DNA from: Laetmonice hystrix
Lineage: Eukaryota
DNA length: 64,000 nucleotides
Reading direction: 5' to 3'
Assembly (NCBI GenBank): GCA_965235115.1
Contig: OZ249439.1
Location: 19,778,001-19,842,000, forward strand
The notes beneath the pieces are model-generated. The model was not told where the DNA came from. It did not search any database and saw only the letters and a list, made by a program, of their open reading frames with translations. This document shows positions 1 to 10,887 of the stretch, piece after piece. Both the position numbers and the translations under genes were made by a program. How positions within the stretch are numbered: the stretch's first letter is position 1; each line of letters opens with the position of its first letter.

Positions 1-591
1 GGAGGGCCATCCCCAGGGACCAGGTGGAGGTTGTGGTGGTGTAGGTGTGTTCCTGGCGGGGATGTTGAGGGGAGGGAGGAGGGCCATCCCCAGGGACCAC
101 GTGGAGGTCGTGGTGGTGTACGGGTGTCCTGACGGGGATGTTGAGGGGAGGGAGGAGGGCCATCCCCAGGGACCACGTGGAGGTTGTGGTAGTGTAGGTG
201 TGTTCCTGACGGGGATGTTGAGGGGAGGGAGGAGGGCCATCCCCAGGGACCACGTGGAGGTTGTGGTAGTGTAGGGGTGTCCTGACGGGGATGTTGAGGG
301 GAGGGAGGAGGGCCATCCCCAGGGACCAGGTGGAGGTTGTGGTAGTGTAGGTGTGTTCCTGACGGGGATGTTGAGGGGAGGGAGGAAGGCCATCCCCAGG
401 GACCACGTGGAGGTTGTGGTAGTGTAGGGGTGTTCCTGGCGGAGATGTTGAGGGGAGGGAGGAGGGCCATCCCCAGGGACCAGGTGGACGTTGTGGTAGT
501 GTAGGTGTGTTCCTGGCTGGGATGTTGAGGAGAGTAAGGAGGTCATCCCCAGGGACCACGTGGACGTTGTGGTAATGTAGGGGTGTTCCTG
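1..591. repeat. G-rich minisatellite, about 7.7 copies of a 76/77-bp unit (runs off the window start)
   Basis: The unit start GGAGGGCCATCCCCAGGGACC recurs at 1, 78, 154, 231, 307, 384, 461 and 538 (periods 77,76,77,76,77,77,77), with few substitutions. Confidence 0.95.
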
Positions 592-3012
592 TGAAGCCCG
601 GAGACACGCCCAGAAATTACAGAAATAATCTAACCCGGGATGGTTGGTAAAGGAACAGCGAGCTTCGGAAAAACACAGAGGGTATAAACTTATAAAGTAT
701 TCACGAAATGAGTATCTCCCCCATGAAAAAGTCGTGTAGAAAATGATTTCGTACACTGGCAGATGTACAGCATAAAAAAAGTATTATCTGTTAAAAGAGA
801 CAATGTAACAAAGGGTTGCCAGCAAGAGTCGGACAGTAAATTACGGGCAGTAGGAGGCTGGGTGGTTGGTGAACTAAGGGTCATGTAGGCAGCGCGGTAA
901 CTTGGTGTAAACTGGCGTGGTAGAGGTGGTCAGACAGGAGGATATGGGCTCAAGATTGAGAGGTGCACATGGCGGAGGTAGAGAACCCAGTAGTATACGT
1001 ACAGATAACTGAATGAGTTGATGTGTGGTAAAGTTCGCAGGTTGTCGTCTCCGCTCTCCGGTAATTATGTCACCGCTACCAAAAATATAGAGCAACCTTT
1101 AGTATAGAGGTTCCCGCCCAGCAAATAATGATATCACTTGATACTTTACCCTTGAGAGCCGTCGTGTACAAAGTAGCCCTAGTAGTGCCGACCTAGCATG
1201 GCGATGGTGGAGCCCCAGCGGTATGAGAGATGGAGGTGCTGAGGGTGGGGAATCGCACCCTGTCATCCTTTAGCTGGCCGCCCAACCTGTGCTGCTCCGG
1301 CCCAGCCAGCCATTGCAGCCGTCAGTATGCCTGCCTCCCCAGCGGCTACAACCGACTCGTAGAGACTAGAGACACAGAAAATAATGTAGCCTTGTGCCTG
1401 TCGACCACAGAGCTGGCACGTCTCTCACGCGGGGCCAGTGGTTGGGTTCTGGCGCATCCAGCGGGAACTAGTCGACAACAAGGGGGCTGACGCACAGACA
1501 GACCGTCAGGTCAGCTTGCCAGTCTAGCGCAGAGACCGAGGCTTGGTAATAGGATGATAATGAGATGCTGGCGCCGAGAAGTGATGCGGCTCGCTGCTGC
1601 TGCTGCTGCCGCCGCCGCTGCCACAGTGGCCATCACCTTGTGTATTTCTGCTACAGCATCTATTTCTCCATCCAGCTACGTTTCAGTGAAGGAGATGAAA
1701 GATCCTTAAGATTATTATTCGATTTAAATTTTATTATTTCTCGAATAAGCCATGAGGAGTTTTTATAGAAATCTATTCATTATGTAATATGCAGTGACAC
1801 CAAAGAAGTCAATTCATGGGATGTCATTTTAGGACTTCTAGGGAGAGAGGCCAATTTGGGTCAAACTAAACTGAAAGTGACTGTGTGCCTGCATGGTGGG
1901 TGATAGGGTCGACATGGTGTGGGTAGAGCGGTGTGGACTGTTAGGTGGTAGTGCCTGTGGTGGTGGTAGTACGTCATGCACTGAGTATTGATTAGTCCTC
2001 CTCACCCCCAGCGCGGCAGGATGATCCCCGCAGTGCCGCGTGTACTCGGCACTATACTGGGGTCAGCGCTCATTATCGAGTCCGACCAGTAGAAAACCTC
2101 CTGTCATACTTAGACTAACCTCTCTGCACTCACATAGCCCCAGATAGAGCTGTTATCTAGTATGCACTGTCTTGTACATGGCATTGTCTTTATGAATAAT
2201 GTTGATATTGTGACATGATACGAGAACATGTATAGTTAGTCAGTTAACAATGCCTATGGGAGTGTCTGAATACAACTACCCTTGCTGGCCAGTCGGTGGG
2301 AGATACTACAGATAGACGCTGATGTGACAAGTACTTATAGTCTTACATATCTCAATGGTTTGCTCAGGAGAAAATAATCCTTCGTTTTTTAGGGTATGGT
2401 TAGGGAATCATTGAAGTAATAATAAGTGCTGGGTCTTTTGTTTCTCAATTTGCACTGTTCTATGATCAGCCAAATGAGTACCGGTACTTTTAAAAGGAAT
2501 ACAGACGACAGTGTCAAAGTAGGTTAGCCAGGAAGTATCGGAGGTCTCCATTTTGTCCGGGTTGATCCAGCTAGACAGTCACTGCTGGTTAAACTAAAGT
2601 TCAGCCAGGTACATTGCATTAAGAAATATACTGTTGACAAAAACACAGCTTCAAGTCAATGTAATAAAAAGATAAAACTTGCGCCTCCACTCAGACAAAA
2701 TCCAATAACTGCTTGACGTAATTAAAGGTCTTGTCTCCTGTGACATCCAGCTCTTGTAAAAAAAAGTGGAAGTGTAAAGTGTCTTTACGGCCGGGTTTTG
2801 CTCCACCAAGCATCTGGCTTTGAATGTTTTTCATCAGGTTGCATTAATAAATATAAAATCTGTTAAAGGATATCTTTGTTTATCAAGTCTGTGTATTATA
2901 TGCTGGTATCTATGTTCATTCAGTGTGAATGTGTGGAGCTTGAATGAAGAGTCAGTGATAACGTGTCATAGTGTCGAAGTACATCAGAATGTGATTTATT
3001 TGTGTCCCACAG

Positions 3013-6000
3013 TGTCGGGAATTTGTGAAGGAGGGAGCATTGAAAGGAAACACTCCGGCTGAGGTGGTTGCATCATGTGATATCACATTCTCCTGTGTCT
3101 CGGACCCCGCTGCAGTGAAGGATGTAAGTTAGACGCCTAAATGTAACATTACTAAATCAGTAGGGCTTACAGGAGCGGGAAAAAACATGAAAAACACAAT
3201 TAAAATCTTTCACTTCAGTTGATTTTTAGAGCAGATTAGCAGCTGAAACTGTTAATGTGATGTTGGAAATTCATATTTTCGGATGGTAGTACAAACTTAC
3301 TCCTAGAAGACAGTGTTCTGTTCTGTGACTGCTTGGATATACATGTATAGTCATTTTCTGAAACTCTAACTTTTTATATGCCATTTTGCTAATACATTCA
3401 AGAAAGAGAATTAAAATCTAGGGACAACTGGCTGAACTTTGTATTGTAATTTTTTACAAAGTAGAAACATTTTTTCCCCTGTTATTCTTTTAGCTGGTAT
3501 TTGGCAACTATGGCGTTCTCCAGGGCATTGAGCCAGGCAAGGGCTTTGTTGACATGTCAACCATTGATGCTGATACAGTGGCAGATGTCAATGAGGTGAG
3601 TGCCAGAAAAAAATGACACGAGAAGCATACATAAATTACCTATTCCTCAGTTCAGACCAGGCAGTTATAATTTATGTAAAGGTAGTTTTCCGAAATTTCT
3701 GTGAATTTTTGATAAAAATGTACAATTGCACTAAGGAACAGTTTTGTGAAGAAAAAAGTTTGTATTTCAGAATGCAGATACCTCCCGCGAGAGAATCTTT
3801 TATATTGAAAAGTAATGATGACTTTACAAAAAGGGATACATTAAAAGGACGTCCAGACCCTGAATGTGTTAACTTGTGTTGTTATGAACGTTTCTAATAG
3901 CTATGTGTGATTGTGTTGGGTGTGTAGGCAGTTGCAGCACGAGGAGGTCGATACCTGGAAGCACCTGTAGTTGGAAGTCGGGGTCCAGCAACGTCAGGAG
4001 ATCTCATCATTCTCTCAGCTGGAGACAGAACTCTATATGAAGATTGTTATTCCTGTTTCGAGGCCATTGGAAAGAAAACCTTCTTCCTTGGTTAGTTTTC
4101 ACGCAAACAACTTTGGGGATTTTCTATACATTGGCCTAGATGATAATGGTTGATATTTCTATCTTATAACTGCTAAAAGCAGAAGTGTCCCCAGTAATAG
4201 TTATAAAACCAGAAATCTATTTTTTAGTTTCTTTGGCCAAAACCTAACACTCTTTATTTCAAAGGATGGGTGAGATCTGGAATCCAACATGTGCCTAACC
4301 TTTCTTAACCCACTTCATTGTAATATATTTGGCAGACTTGTCGTAGCTGGTTAGTTAAAGAGGTTGAAGGTGTGTGTTACTCTGGCCAGCAGTCGTTGAA
4401 ATGAAGTGTGAAATATGTACCGGTAACTCCTTGTGACCCCACCAGGTGAGATAACGAGCGGTGCCAAGATGAAGTTAGTGGTGAACATGTTGATGGGAAC
4501 GATCGTAGCGGGACTGGCTGAAAGCTTGGCACTTGCAGACAAAGTTGGTCTCGATCAAGACGCCCTCCTTCAAATCTTCGACCTTTCAGCTTTATCCTGC
4601 CCACTCATTCACAACAAAGGGGAAGGTAAGTCTATACTCTGTTATCGTGAAAGTAGTAAATGATATTAATGATGCAGCAGGATACTTAACAATAATGGCA
4701 CAAACAATAATGGCACAGGATGACTGACTATAGTGGTACAAAATGAGTATGTACCCTTGGCATATTTACATTTGTTTGCTACTTGTTTGCTATTCGTTTG
4801 CTACCTGTAATCCAGATAACATTTCACTGGCTGGTAGATGATAAAAATATGTTTGATGCTGAATAATATTACATTTGAGGAAGAATAACGAAGTGATGTA
4901 TTTGAATTACGTATTATTCATTGTTTTTATCATAAACGTTGCATTATCCCATATCACACCCAGTGAGATGTGCTGTTTGCCACGGGATTCTAGTTGTGTC
5001 TTGCCTACTTGCTGTAAACTGCTGAGGAGTTTAACATCATACAAATATTAATGAAGAGGCCAGTGAAAACCTGCAACATTGTTACCATATCGACTGCTAA
5101 GCTTGCGAAATACGCCTTTTGTAAGCCACTGAATCTTTCATGATCAGGGTTCGCAGACTCCTGGAAACTCCTGGAAAGTCCTGGAAAATCAAAAATCCGT
5201 TTTCCAGTACTGGAAAGTCCTGGAAAACCAGTCAGACTCCTGGAAACTCCTGGAAAAATCATAAAATGCTTTGGAACAACATAATGCTTGGGTTCAGTTT
5301 TGCTCTTTATTGCATTTAAAAATCACTGAAAAGTAATAAGTATTAGAACTTAAGTCCTGGAAAACTGCGATTTTATCCTGGAAAACTCCTGGAAAACTCC
5401 TGGAATTTTGGTTTCCTCTAACTCTACGAACCATGATGATGTAAATGTGGATAAGGGTGGTGGGTCTACAGTGGTGTCAGGCTTTGTTCAAGTTGTGTTT
5501 GTCATGTGATGGACGGTTCACGCTTTTCTGATTGGGCAGTGAAAAATGAAAGTACATGTAATAAGATATTGTGCCCGTTTAACCGAAGATCAGCCATAGA
5601 GACAACAGATTATTACTTGCTAAGAGACCCACCCATGTACCATAGTTGCTTACACCCCTGCATAAGAAAGCCACCCAATGCTTTGTTATTTCAGCCATCA
5701 TGATGAGCCGGTTTGAACCCCAATTCCCACTCCAACATCAACAGAAAGATCTGCGACTTGCCATCAACATGGCAGACAGCGTCGATCAGCCACTCCATGT
5801 TGCCACAGCAACAAACGAGGTAGGGCCCAGTGCCATGGTGACCAGCCTCTCGTAACTAAACGCCCCTTCTTCTTTTCTCCACAGGTGCTCCTTGCCTGCC
5901 GTACTTACCTAGTATGCTTATAGACCATAGCGACATCTGGCAGCAATATGTTTGAAAGCAGGCACACAGTGAGTCTGTAAAAAAATTATTTAGAAAATCT

Positions 6001-7350
6001 AAATTTGTTGAAGGATTGGGAATGCTTACATCTTTGGAAGAGCAGTTCTGCTTTCAGAATGTTAAATTTGTATAATGCGAAGTTTGTGCATGATGCTTCT
6101 TTGCCATGCACAAGAAGTGAAGCCAGACTCACTGTGAGCATTGTCTATGGTACGTGCCAAGCCAGGCTAGCTATGGTACTGTGCACGTGCATGCCTATGT
6201 GAAGGTGCGTGTTGTGCAAGTGGTAGTTGTGTGACGCTCTGACTGACCCTCTGTCTTTCCACCAGCCATGTATCTGAGTCACTACGAGCCTGACGCCAAG
6301 CTCGGCCAGCAGCAGAGCAGCCTCAGTCTGGCTGTCAACATGGCTGACGGCTACGACCAGCCTCTCCATGTGACAGCCGCAGTCAGCGAGGTAGGAGTCG
6401 GCCCTCCAGCTCCGTACCGACTGGAGTGCAGCATTGTCAGATTATGTAGAAATATCACCTTGCAGGACAAATATCAAAACTCGCATTGTCAGATTACGTA
6501 GAAATATCACCCTGCAGGACAAATATCAAAACTCGACCAAATATACCTTTCATAGCCTCGCTTTGAATTTAATCGGAACCTGGAATAATCGCGGTAGTAC
6601 ATGCCCTGCAAGGGTTGTAACAGTTGGGCATTTTTTGGCGGAGAGATTATGATTCTGCCATCTCAGGAGCACAGACAGTTGGGTGCTGGCAACGTTCACT
6701 GCAAACAGTTGTTCTTTTAACTACTAACTCTAACATTTTCCTTGCTTTATTAATAGTTTTGTAAGAGATTAATCATAGACTAGTTGTTGATGGTTTGTAG
6801 GTTTCTTCCTATAGCATAGTGTATGTAGGAGTATAACAAACCGATTTGTTGTAGAGGTGGCGCCACTGTGAAGGTGACAGAACATTTTGATGACTGAGTG
6901 TCTGAGCCAGATTTTGTCAGTAACAGTCTGAGTGTGTGCTTGTGTCTGTCGTGAAAGCATGAAGTACTTGGTCTAGTCTTTGGTCAGCAGTAACCTCAGA
7001 GTGTTCTGGTGTCTGTCCTGACAGCATGAATTACCATATCTAGTTTGGGCCCCACTGACATAATTAACAACTGTTTTGAGCTTTTCTTTCCTGAATCACG
7101 AGCCTTGGAAGTATCAAGTATTTACAGTATCAAGAGTTTCTTATTAGTTCTTAGAATTTTATTCAACATTAGAATGGAGAATACCGATTTTTTTCTCGTT
7201 ATTTTTTTATGGCTGCAGTAATATATGTATTATAAATCGGAGCAGGAAACTAACGACATGTTTTGTGTCTTTCAGCTCTTTAAGAAAGCCAAGGCCAAGG
7301 GATACAGCCAGCACGACATGTGTGCAGTCTATCGGGCAGCGGACGTCTAA
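3013..7350 (+). CDS. GLYR1: GLYR1/NPAC-like (glyoxylate/succinic semialdehyde reductase, 3-hydroxyisobutyrate dehydrogenase family), 3' exons only
   Basis: GT-AG exons in consistent phase: 3013-3123 ([37 protein letters not shown]), 3494-3595 ([34 protein letters not shown]), 3928-4090 ([54 protein letters not shown]), 4446-4625 ([33 protein letters not shown]...), 5695-5819 or 6266-6390, and 7276-7350 ([24 protein letters not shown]). From memory this aligns residue by residue with the vertebrate GLYR1 dehydrogenase domain (TPAEVVSTCDITFACVSDP; DMSTVDADT; LEAPVSG; QKDLRLA). The GxGxMG exon and any PWWP exons are not in the window, so orthology to PWWP-bearing GLYR1 is not proven. Confidence 0.88.
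5145..5435. mobile_element. Non-autonomous hAT-like MITE in a GLYR1 intron
   Basis: Termini CAGGGTTCG...CGAACCATG (one mismatch from a perfect inverted repeat); many internal (T)CCTGGAAA subterminal repeats; no clean 8-bp TSD. Confidence 0.65.
5695..5819 (+). CDS. GLYR1: GLYR1-like penultimate exon, copy A (canonical)
   Basis: Acceptor TTATTTCAG, donor GAG|GTAGGG, 125 nt, phase 1 to 0; encodes [42 protein letters not shown]. Confidence 0.92.
6266..6390 (+). CDS. GLYR1: GLYR1-like penultimate exon, copy B (duplicated, mutually exclusive candidate)
   Basis: Acceptor CTGTCTTTCCACCAG, donor GAG|GTAGGA, 125 nt, same phases as copy A; encodes [42 protein letters not shown], 22/42 identical to copy A with no gaps. 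Confidence 0.8.
6431..6534. repeat. 52-bp tandem duplication (2 copies)
   Basis: GCATTGTCAGATTA(T/C)GTAGAAATATCACC(T/C)TGCAGGACAAATATCAAAACTC at 6431 and 6483. Confidence 0.95.
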
Positions 7351-8599
7351 ACCAACCCACACAGCCTTTAGGGAATAGTATCAAAGGTCACCACTAGGGG
7401 GAACCACCGTCGCACGGTCTCCATATTGGAGGTCAGGAGGGTGGACACTCGACTGGAAGTTGATGGCCATTTTATCAGGACTGCATGTTGGCATTGCTAT
7501 CGACTGTGAGCAGTGAGGCCAAGGACAATTTGTAGGGCCGAAAGGATCCCCATTCTGGTGTTGTTCACTTTTGAAAAAAAAGACAAACGTTGTCCGTCAG
7601 TATTGAAAAATAGAGAGAGAGGACAGATCCCGTGGGAGTTGTTGGTAAGATGTGTCATGAGTAACAGGGTATCTGGTCTGTAGGAACCAGGTCACCAATC
7701 ATAGAGTGCTTGATGGCGAGTGAATGACAGAGCAGCCATTTCTGTATGCAAGTCAGTGTTGTTGTTGCTTCAATGTAATCAGCGTGCCTGCTGTTTGGTT
7801 TGAGAGAAACACCTTAAGACTGATCACTAAGCAGTGGTAAGTACTTGGTGATCAAGGACGTCAAGCTAGACTTGTCAAGAATGGATAACACTTGCTAAAT
7901 GATTTTGTTGTTGAGTTATCAGAGATTATTATAGAACACTGATGTTTGTTGTATATGTGTGACCAGGCAAGTGGTGTTTTATATGTTATTTTGTTCAGTT
8001 GATCTGAGGCTGCTCAGCCACAGAGTAATGACTATGACGTGCATGCGTTCTCCAATTATACATAGTGAGAGAGAGGGAGAGAGAGATTCCAAAGGTGGGT
8101 ATATTTTGCTACTTAGGTAATAGCACCCTGTAGATAGAGGCAATCAAGAAATGATTGGGTCGATTTTTGGACAATTTTAGATGGCCCATTCTGACAGATT
8201 GGCTGCTGTAAAATTAGCTTCTGGTTTGGTGTGGACCAACATTGTTCAAACTCACATTGTCACGCCTTTCTGAGTAGGAGACTGTTTCCTGTACGAGGTA
8301 TGTAGTCTGTCTTCCACATTTATTTAAAGTCTGTTGTCATTTTCCCCGAGATTTATTCTTATCTTTGCACAACAATCACGTACTGACCTAAAAATGGCCC
8401 ACTGAAATTGTACAGTAAGAGGGATAATGTGACCTTTGATCGCAATTATGAGGTACCTGTACTTAAAACATTGTTGTTTAGAGACAGCCCCCCCTCCCAG
8501 GAGAACTACTGTTAGCAGTTGGTTACTTGGTAATAAAGGCACTAGGTCTGTATTTACATGATTAGCTCATATAGACCCAGGTTCAGGCAGTGTTTTGTC

Positions 8600-9250
8600 G
8601 TGTATAAGTTGCATGGCCGTTCGTTTTTCACACCATGGATCAGGGCGAAGTCGGGGAGAGGATTTTAGCGCCTGGAATACCGGGCAAGACATTTCATTGA
8701 TTCTTGCAGCCAAGAAAGCCAAGGAAGAGAATCTGAAAGTTTGTTAAACAGTTATTGTGTAAGGCTAGGATAGTCTTTGGATAGACTTTTACCGACATTA
8801 ATTCTCTTCTCGGAAGGCTGTGTTAGCCCATGTTAAATGAATTGGTGCCGAAAGTCCTAATGTCTGGGGTTAAAATGGATGTCCTATTAGCGCGGTAACG
8901 GTACTCGATGAGGGAAGCCTGAAGACAATGAATTGTAATGATTCTGTTCTGTAATATTCTTGTGGGGCGCTCCTAAGTTAGTACAACTGGTCCAGGGTGT
9001 GTCTGCTACCTCCATGGCACCTTAGGTGGAACTGGAGATTTTGGGTGACGTTGCGCTCAAAGTGAGTTTACACACAACAAATATTCTACCAGGGGGGAAA
9101 AATCAAACGAATATGAGGCTCAGGCAAACCATCTCTTTGAACACCTCATACCATTGAAAGGAAGTTACATTGTAATAATCTCCGACTACTGGTACTTGAA
9201 ATTTGCACGAAGAGGAATTTTCTCAGTGGTTTGTCAGTTTTGATGATCAC
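8600..9250 (-). mobile_element. Possible highly decayed LINE (CR1/L2-like) endonuclease-region remnant
   Basis: Minus-strand translations across stops and frameshifts give VVGDYYN (cf. GDFN), then RHTLDQLY (cf. TLDL.Y.N), then PDPWC (cf. KPW), in the expected order. Manual motif matching only. Confidence 0.3.
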
Positions 9251-10528
9251 AATATCTTGTGGATTTAATTTGAGGATCAAGGGACAGTCGTAGTGTAAAA
9301 GGGTGCTCCTTTAAACATTCTGTTATGATGATCAAACAGCTGCTTCAGAAGGTGAAAATTGACAATAGATCTGATCAGCACTATTTGCCACATAGGTGTT
9401 TTATTTTTATAATATAAGAAGACAGGTTTACAGAATAATTGTGTAAACTCCATACCAGCCGAGTCAAATGATAATTTTCAATGCCGTGATCAAGTGACCA
9501 CAGTTGTGGAGGCGTGAGAAGGTGGAGCTCTACACCTGAATATATTGTGACACGTTATGTAAGGAAATACTTATCAGTGAGAATGGTAGGGCCTGATGCT
9601 GTAGATTTTAAGCTTACAGTCTCTTTGGTAGTTGATGTATTACTGGATATATCATGTCCTCTTAAGGAATCCTCCTAGGCCGAGGATGCCCTTAGTCTGT
9701 AGACCACTTTTCATCTGATCAATCATTATGTAAAAAAAATTAGTGGTATCATTTTTTACTTTTATCCATGTACATTTATATTGTACGGTCTGTGTATCCA
9801 TCCTTTTTTTACAAGAGAAATGTTGGGTCATGGTAGCTCTAAATATTAATGTAGTTCTAAGAAGTACATTTGACAGACCCCGACTCTTGTGGATGCACAC
9901 GCATACGGGCATATGGTTGTGCGTGTGCACATGCATTGAAGATTGGTTGTGTATTTGCACCCCCACCCGCACCCCCACACACCTTGCTGTCGATAAGACT
10001 AACAAGTTCACTATCCTTGCCCGTCTGATCCTCCATAACAAATTTATCTCCCTTGTTGTTCCCGAGTCTCATAAAAATAATCTTAAATACAGTGACAGAC
10101 ATCCCCCTATCCACACGTTTCCCTCCAGAATCATCAAGTCACCAAGTGAAGCATTGTTGTACAAATGTAAAAGTAACGTGGTTACAGTTGCATTGGTTAC
10201 TGGTACAAGGCAGACGCCTCTTGTATACCCACGTATAGCTAAAAACATGTTTGTAGTTTCTGTACTTTGTCGTGTTTTCAATATTTACTGTTTTGGACAA
10301 TAGCGAACAGACTGACAGCAAGATGTTTATCCTATGTGTATTATGAGAGGGTCTACAGGAATTGCTGACGTAGCTATTCAGTGTCTGACAAACTGTGCTG
10401 TCTGCAGTACATTATGTCCTCTTTGGCTGGTAGTAGTATCAGACATTATATTAAGAAAATAAAGAGGTTTTTTAAAAGTTAATTGGTTTGTTAATTTTTA
10501 ATTAGTGATGGTTATTTTATACTGTAAT

Positions 10529-10887
10529 GGGGTACCTTGACGCCGCGTTTTCCGCATGGCGGCAGCACCGTGCAAGCGGTTCTGAAGGAGACATATTAGC
10601 ATAGAATTAAATAGGCTGATATCTGCTAATCTGTGGCTGGCTGCCATAGGCCTACCGACATTTGTTCTAAAGAGGTATGACAATTTTTAGACTTCTTTCA
10701 TTCACTTTAGTCCATATGAGTTAATATTATTTAGTAATAAGGTCATTAGGTCATCCTAGAGCATATTAGCATTTCGTCGTCCTATCTAAGCTTGTGCTAA
10801 TGTACTCCAGCAAGGACCGATGTGCAGGTGCTGCTGCCTTGCGGATTTGGCTGGAAACCGCCATTGCGCATGCGTCTAATGTACCCC
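10529..10887 (+). mobile_element. MITE, GGGGTAC...GTACCCC family, AT-flanked (ISL2EU/PIF-Harbinger-related candidate)
   Basis: Inverted termini GGGGTACCTT / AATGTACCCC; AT on both flanks; near-full-length homologues at 28053-28428 and 28810-29151. Confidence 0.85.

Noticed and set aside
1-591. Possible CRISPR array
   Set aside because: The units are near-identical along their whole length with no unique spacers, and the context is eukaryotic.
600-3012. Searched for the upstream GLYR1 exon (GFLGLG.MG...VWNRT)
   Set aside because: No matching peptide was found by eye in any + frame; it probably lies before position 1.
5433-5535. ATGATGA...CTGA as a possible C/D box snoRNA in a GLYR1 intron
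   Set aside because: The C box overlaps the MITE end, the terminal stem is weak and no rRNA antisense element was recognised.
9652-10303. 186-aa (+) and 129-aa (-) ORFs
   Set aside because: No recognisable domain, low-complexity composition and no splice-consistent partner exons; lies between convergent 3' ends.
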